DNA from: an uncultured delta proteobacterium
GTDB lineage: Bacteria; Myxococcota; Kuafuiibacteriia; Kuafuiibacteriales; Kuafuiibacteriaceae
NCBI GenBank assembly: GCA_963803435.1
Contig: CAWDML010000001.1
Span: forward strand, 1,088,001 to 1,152,000
Length of the DNA stretch: 64,000 bases
Direction of reading: 5' to 3'
This document shows positions 59,481-64,000 of this stretch, piece after piece (positions within the stretch are counted from its first letter, which is position 1; every line of letters starts with the position of its first letter). The notes beneath the pieces were generated by a model. It saw only the letters and a list, made by a program, of their open reading frames with translations. It was not told the origin of the DNA and made no database searches. The position numbers and the translations under genes were made by a program.

Positions 59481-59638
59481 GACTCTGCAGAACACTCGAT
59501 CGAGCACGATGCAACAACGGCCGCTTTGAATAGCGAATGAGCAGAACGAGCGAAACAGGAAACGCGGAACGGTCCGGAGGTTTTCGGACCGGCTCTTAGC
59601 GGCGGAGCAAGTCCGCCTGACCCTTCGTCGCCTGCGGC

Positions 59639-60004
59639 TCACTGCGCGGACCTACGGCCCCTTGCGGCGCCCACGTCGATCGCGGCGACCGCGCCGAAGA
59701 CCAGCACGACCAGCACCGGATAGATCGGGCCGACGCGAAACCACCGCAGATCCGGATAGCCCGCCCCGAGCACGAACACCACGAAGGCATCGAGGGCGAA
59801 CGCCCCGAGGCTCGACAGCACGGCCGCCGCGAGCGCCGGCACCGGTGCGCGCGTACGAACGAAGAACACCAGCCCTGCGACCAGCCCCGCGCCGACGATG
59901 GCCGGGAGCGCGCGCGTGACGCCCAGGCCGAGGAGCGAGGCGATCCCGGCGACGAGCGCGACCCCGCCCGTGATCGCCGCGACCTCCGCTGCGCGCCGAA
60001 GCAT
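59639..60004 (-). CDS. Small integral membrane protein
   Basis: 121 aa, about four hydrophobic helices. Confidence 0.5.
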   Translation of the reverse strand: MLRRAAEVAAITGGVALVAGIASLLGLGVTRALPAIVGAGLVAGLVFFVRTRAPVPALAAAVLSSLGAFALDAFVVFVLGAGYPDLRWFRVGPIYPVLVVLVFGAVAAIDVGAARGRRSAQ

Positions 60005-60056
60005 CTTGTGGCTTTAACACGCCTGGTCTGTTAGGCGCCCCGAGGGACGAACGCTG

Positions 60057-61505
60057 ATGGGGAGGCTGGTGCTCGCAGCTGCGGCCGCGTTTTCCCTGGC
60101 AGCGGCGAGGAGCGCCACTGCCGGGGGAGACAATCAGACGGTCGTCCTCGGTGCGACGTCCACGGTGGCGGCCCCCACCGGCCTGACGCTCCCCCAGCTG
60201 ATCGACGAGGCCCTCCAGCGCAACCCGCAGGTGGCGGTGGCCGAGTCTCAGATCGACGAAGCCCGCGGCCTCTACGCCTTCGCCGCCTCCAAGGCCTATC
60301 CGGTCCTGAACGCCACGCTGCTCTTCGGCGGGCCCACGCCGGAGGCCCGGACCACCGTCGTCAACGACGTCAACACGATCACGCCGGCCTCGCTGGAGGG
60401 CGACTTCGACTTCGGTCAGCTCGGTGTGGCCCTGCGGATCAACGGCAATGCCTCCGTTCCGATCTACACGTTCGGAAAGATCTCTTCGGGTAAGGACGCC
60501 GCGAAGCACGTCGTCGAAGCCGCCAAGCACCAGGCCCACGGGACCAAGGCCGAGGTCGTCTCCGACGTGACGCGGGCGTTCTGGTCGATCCAGCTGCTCC
60601 GCGCCTTCGAGACCTCGCTGGCCGACGGCGAGAAGACCCTCGAGAAGGTCCTCCACAAGGTGCAAGAGCTGCTGGAGGCCGACTCACCCCAGGTGACCGA
60701 GAACGATCGGCTCCGCCTCTTGCACGCGCTGGGCACCCTGCGCGTGCGGAAGATCGACGCGGCGGACGCGTTCAAGATCGCCACCAAGGCGCTGCTCCTC
60801 TTGATCGGCCGCCCGCAGTCGTCGTCGATCGAGGTGGCCGTGGTCGATCTCGACGACGGGCTCCCGACGCAGATCCCCGATGAGGAAGAGATGATCCGGC
60901 GCGTCCACTCGAAGCGTCCCGAGCTGCTGGCGCTGCGAGAGGTGGTCGAAGCGCAGAAGTCCTTCGCCGAGCTGCGCCGGGCCCAGTTCTATCCCGACTT
61001 CTTCATCGGCGCCGTGGTGAGCTACGCGTACACAAGCAACGCCACCGATCAGACGAATCCGTTCATCAACGACCCCTTCAACTTCTTCGACCTCGGCATC
61101 GGCATCGGGCTGCGCGTCGAGCTCGACGTCTTCGGAAAGCTCGCGCAGCTGGAGCAAGCCGAGGCGCAGGCCCACACGCGAATGAACCAGGAGCACCTGG
61201 CCAGCGAGGCGGCCGAGCTCGACGTCCGGCGCATCCACACCCAGATCAAGGGCGGCCTCAGCCGCGTGGAGGCGCTCGAACGGAACGCGCACACGGCCCG
61301 CGGCTGGCTGACGGCCTCCGTCCTCGCCTACGACATCGGCACGGGGCGCGCCGACGAGCTGATCGACGCCTTCCTCGCCTGGGCCGCCTCCGAAGCCGAG
61401 CTTCAGAAAACGCGGTACGACACGATCCTGCGTACAGCAGAGCTTGCACGGGCCACCGGCCGCCTGTCTGCATATGAACCGGTGAGTGCCGGCACAAAGG
61501 AATAG
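60057..61505 (+). CDS. TolC-family outer membrane protein
   Basis: Signal peptide; ALQRNPQV, PIYTFGKI, RPEL, FYPD, duplicated OEP pattern. Confidence 0.85.
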   Translation: MGRLVLAAAAAFSLAAARSATAGGDNQTVVLGATSTVAAPTGLTLPQLIDEALQRNPQVAVAESQIDEARGLYAFAASKAYPVLNATLLFGGPTPEARTTVVNDVNTITPASLEGDFDFGQLGVALRINGNASVPIYTFGKISSGKDAAKHVVEAAKHQAHGTKAEVVSDVTRAFWSIQLLRAFETSLADGEKTLEKVLHKVQELLEADSPQVTENDRLRLLHALGTLRVRKIDAADAFKIATKALLLLIGRPQSSSIEVAVVDLDDGLPTQIPDEEEMIRRVHSKRPELLALREVVEAQKSFAELRRAQFYPDFFIGAVVSYAYTSNATDQTNPFINDPFNFFDLGIGIGLRVELDVFGKLAQLEQAEAQAHTRMNQEHLASEAAELDVRRIHTQIKGGLSRVEALERNAHTARGWLTASVLAYDIGTGRADELIDAFLAWAASEAELQKTRYDTILRTAELARATGRLSAYEPVSAGTKE

Positions 61506-61550
61506 ATGCTTGCGCTCTTCGTTGAAAGCTTGGGAGAACCCAACAATCGC

Positions 61551-62198
61551 ATGATCGTCAGCAGCGTCCTCCTCGCCTTCAGCCTCACCACCAGCGCCAC
61601 CCCGGCGGCCGCAGAAGAGCTTCCTCACCCGAAGATCTGGCTCCAGAAGATCGTCGATCGGGGCGCGGAGCTCGCCAAGCGGAAGGTGCAGCCCGACTCC
61701 CCCGCCGAGGAGAAGTGGCAGGCCGAGGCCAAGTCGCTGATCGACGACATGATCGACTGGCCGAAGATGACCCAGGACTCGCTCGGGACCCAGTGGAAGG
61801 ACCGGACCGATCCCGAGCGGAAGGAGTTCTCGTCCCTCCTCCGCGAGATGATCGAGGCGTCCTATCGCTCCAAGCTGAAGCTGGCCGCCCACGGCAATGT
61901 CAAGAAGCCGGCCAAGATCGACATCTCCTGGCTCAAGGAGGAGACGGAGGGCGACACGGCCAAGGTCAGCGCGAAGGTCAACGTCGACAAGAAGAACGCA
62001 GTGCTCGAGTTCAGCCTCTTCTGGAACGGTGACCGCTGGCGGGTCTACGACCTCGCGATCGACGACGTGAGCACCGTCCGCACCTACCGGACCCAGTTCC
62101 GGAAGCTGATCTCCGAGAAGGGCTTCGACGGTCTCCTCGTGCGCATGCGCGACAAGACCGCCGAGATCCGTGCCGGCCGCGCCGAGCTGGCGCCGTAG
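61551..62198 (+). CDS. MlaC/Ttg2D-family periplasmic lipid-binding protein
   Basis: IDWPKMTQDSLG.QW...WRVYDLAIDDVSTVRTYRTQF...GFDGLL. Confidence 0.85.
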   Translation: MIVSSVLLAFSLTTSATPAAAEELPHPKIWLQKIVDRGAELAKRKVQPDSPAEEKWQAEAKSLIDDMIDWPKMTQDSLGTQWKDRTDPERKEFSSLLREMIEASYRSKLKLAAHGNVKKPAKIDISWLKEETEGDTAKVSAKVNVDKKNAVLEFSLFWNGDRWRVYDLAIDDVSTVRTYRTQFRKLISEKGFDGLLVRMRDKTAEIRAGRAELAP

Positions 62199-62199
62199 C

Positions 62200-62890
62200 G
62201 TGCCCGATCGCATCCCGATCCTCGACCGCGCCGCCTGCGACGGCATCACGGCCCGCGTGTTCGAGCTCGAGCGCTTCTGGACGCGCCGCCACCCCGACCT
62301 CCCCTCCTTCACGCTCGGCGCGACCGCCTACCTCGACATCCCGGCCGGCGGCATGCCGCGCTACCTGGTGACCAAGAGCGGCGGCAACAAGGTCCTCCAG
62401 CGTCACTTCGGCGAGCTGCTCCACACCGTGGCGAGCGCGCTGGCGGGCGCGCTGGGCGCACCGACGTTTCTCAGCGATCGGTTCGCGCTCCCCGGCTTCC
62501 ACATCTATCTCCACCACCCGGCCCTGGCGCGCGTCGAGCCCATCGTCCACTTCGACCTCCAGGATCTCGACCTCGAGATCGAGGGTGCGCGGAGGGACGG
62601 TGCCCGCTGCTCGTTCACGGTCCCGATCCGCATCCCCGCGGGCGGCGGGGGCATCAACGTCTGGGAGCTCGCGTACGCCGAGGTCGCGGGCCTCACCGCC
62701 GACGGCGCGCGGGCGCTCGCCGCCTCCCGGCCGGTGACCCGACACGAGTACCAGGTCGGCGAGCTGTTCCTCCACTCGGGCGATCAGCTCCACCAGAATC
62801 GCGACCTCGCCCTCGCAGGAGGGCGACGTCCGCCTCACGCTCCAGGGTCACGGCCTCGAAGTGGGCGGCCGGTTCGAGCTCTACTGGTAG
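62200..62890 (+). CDS. Putative 2OG-Fe(II) oxygenase-fold protein (frameshift ~62798)
   Basis: PGFHI...VHFD...LHQ(I)...RLTLQGH...YW. Confidence 0.55.
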
Positions 62891-62896
62891 CCGCCG

Positions 62897-64000
62897 TCAG
62901 CGGCACTCGAACGCGCGGGCTCTCGCCTTCTTGTAGATCTCGGTCTCGGCGCGGACCACGCGCGTGATCTTCTTCCAGCGCTCGCACGCGTCGCGATCGC
63001 CGCGCTGGCTGGCGAGCTCCGCCTCCTCGACCAGCACCCGCGCCTTCTCCTCGAGCCGCTTGAGCCCGGCGAGCACCTTCGGGTTCGTGGGATCGAGCTT
63101 GTATCCCGACTCCCAGAGACCGAACGCCTCCTCGTACCGCCCGCCCTCGAACATCGAGGCGCCACGCTCCCCGAACGCCTCGCTGATCTCGAACTCGAGG
63201 TCCCGGACGACGTGCGACTTGAGGCTCTTCGGCAGGAGCTCGGCCTCAATCCGCGACAGCTCTTGCAGCTGCTTCCAGGCCGCGAAGGGATCGTTGCTGA
63301 TCTCCGCCCGTGCCCGCTCCTGCTGGGGCCCGACCTTCTCCAGCGCGCGCACCATCTTGCCGGCCCGCCGCTTGCGATCCGCGCGCGCCGTCCGCCGGAG
63401 GGTCTGCGCGTGCCGCAGGGCGTCCTCGACCTTCCCCAGCTCGTACTCCTCGGCGATGCGTGAGAGCTTGAGGTCGTTGTCGTAGAACTGGGCCAGCTCC
63501 TTCGCCACGTTCGCGGGCGGAGGCGGCTGCGGCACGCCCGGGCGGATCGGGATGTACGGCTCGAAGTCGATGTTCTTCGACCGCAGCTTCTTCTCCGCCG
63601 AACGGACGCCCTCGAGCGCTTCGGTCGAGCTCGGGTCCAGCTCCAGCACCCGCTTGAACCGGGCGTGCGCGCTCGGATAGCGCTTCTTGATCAGGTCGGC
63701 CTTACCGCGGGCCAGCTCCTGCTCGATCGCATCGTCCTTCAGGTCCTTGGCGCGCTTCTCGGCGACCTTCGCCTGCGGCACGTCCGCCGGGACCGCCATC
63801 AGCGCCTCCAGGGCGCGCGCGTAATCGCCGCGCCCCTCGTAGGCGTCGGCCTTGCTCAGGAGTTTCTCCGCCTCCCCGACCTTGTGCGTCCGCTCGACCA
63901 GCCGGCGGGCCTCGGGGTTGATCGGATCCCGCTCCAGCAGCCGATCGAGCGCCGCGCGGAGACAGGCGAGGTCGCCCTTTTGCTCGCAGACCTTCGCGGC
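62897..64000 (-). CDS. TPR-repeat protein (5' end outside window)
   Basis: TPR motifs (VLELDP, YKLDP); frame open to the window edge. Confidence 0.7.
   Translation of the reverse strand, partial: AAKVCEQKGDLACLRAALDRLLERDPINPEARRLVERTHKVGEAEKLLSKADAYEGRGDYARALEALMAVPADVPQAKVAEKRAKDLKDDAIEQELARGKADLIKKRYPSAHARFKRVLELDPSSTEALEGVRSAEKKLRSKNIDFEPYIPIRPGVPQPPPPANVAKELAQFYDNDLKLSRIAEEYELGKVEDALRHAQTLRRTARADRKRRAGKMVRALEKVGPQQERARAEISNDPFAAWKQLQELSRIEAELLPKSLKSHVVRDLEFEISEAFGERGASMFEGGRYEEAFGLWESGYKLDPTNPKVLAGLKRLEEKARVLVEEAELASQRGDRDACERWKKITRVVRAETEIYKKARARAFECR

Larger units (their letters stand above)
57779..59595 (-). mobile_element. Second, inverted and differently deleted copy of the IS1182/IS5 four-helix-bundle composite
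   Basis: 57779-58100 matches the reverse complement of the 24474-24813 end; IS5 TIRs at 58355 and 59595; same IS5/gene A junction. Confidence 0.8.

Noticed and set aside
9226-62800. Mass pseudogenisation or programmed frameshifting in ~11 chromosomal genes
   Set aside because: Single-base indels at GATC or homopolymers with otherwise intact proteins on both sides fit sequencing error better

Overview
High-GC (~70% by eye), gene-dense bacterial DNA that looks like Myxococcota or a related lineage. The evidence is four Hanks-type Ser/Thr kinases, PEGA/TPR/FHA proteins, an FHA-sigma54 activator, a MYXO-CTERM-like matrixin and an ECF-FecR pair. About 50 genes are supported. I saw no rRNA, tRNA or CRISPR array. 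The most unusual structure is a nested mobile-element complex present twice (22669-25096 and 57775-59599). An IS1182-family element and an IS5-family element each carry an Avd-like four-helix-bundle gene and have subterminal inverted repeats built from 6-8 bp tandem units. The outer element sits at CTAG sites that include host stop codons. Other notable items: a TldD/PmbA pair whose TldD lacks the metal-binding and catalytic residues, a kinase-Roadblock-OmpA-Roadblock-V4R operon with no GTPase, and an FHA-BY-kinase fusion divergent from wza. There are about 11 single-base frameshifts, six of them insertions inside GATC, which are probably sequencing errors at methylated sites. All family assignments come from motif recognition by eye, not database searches.
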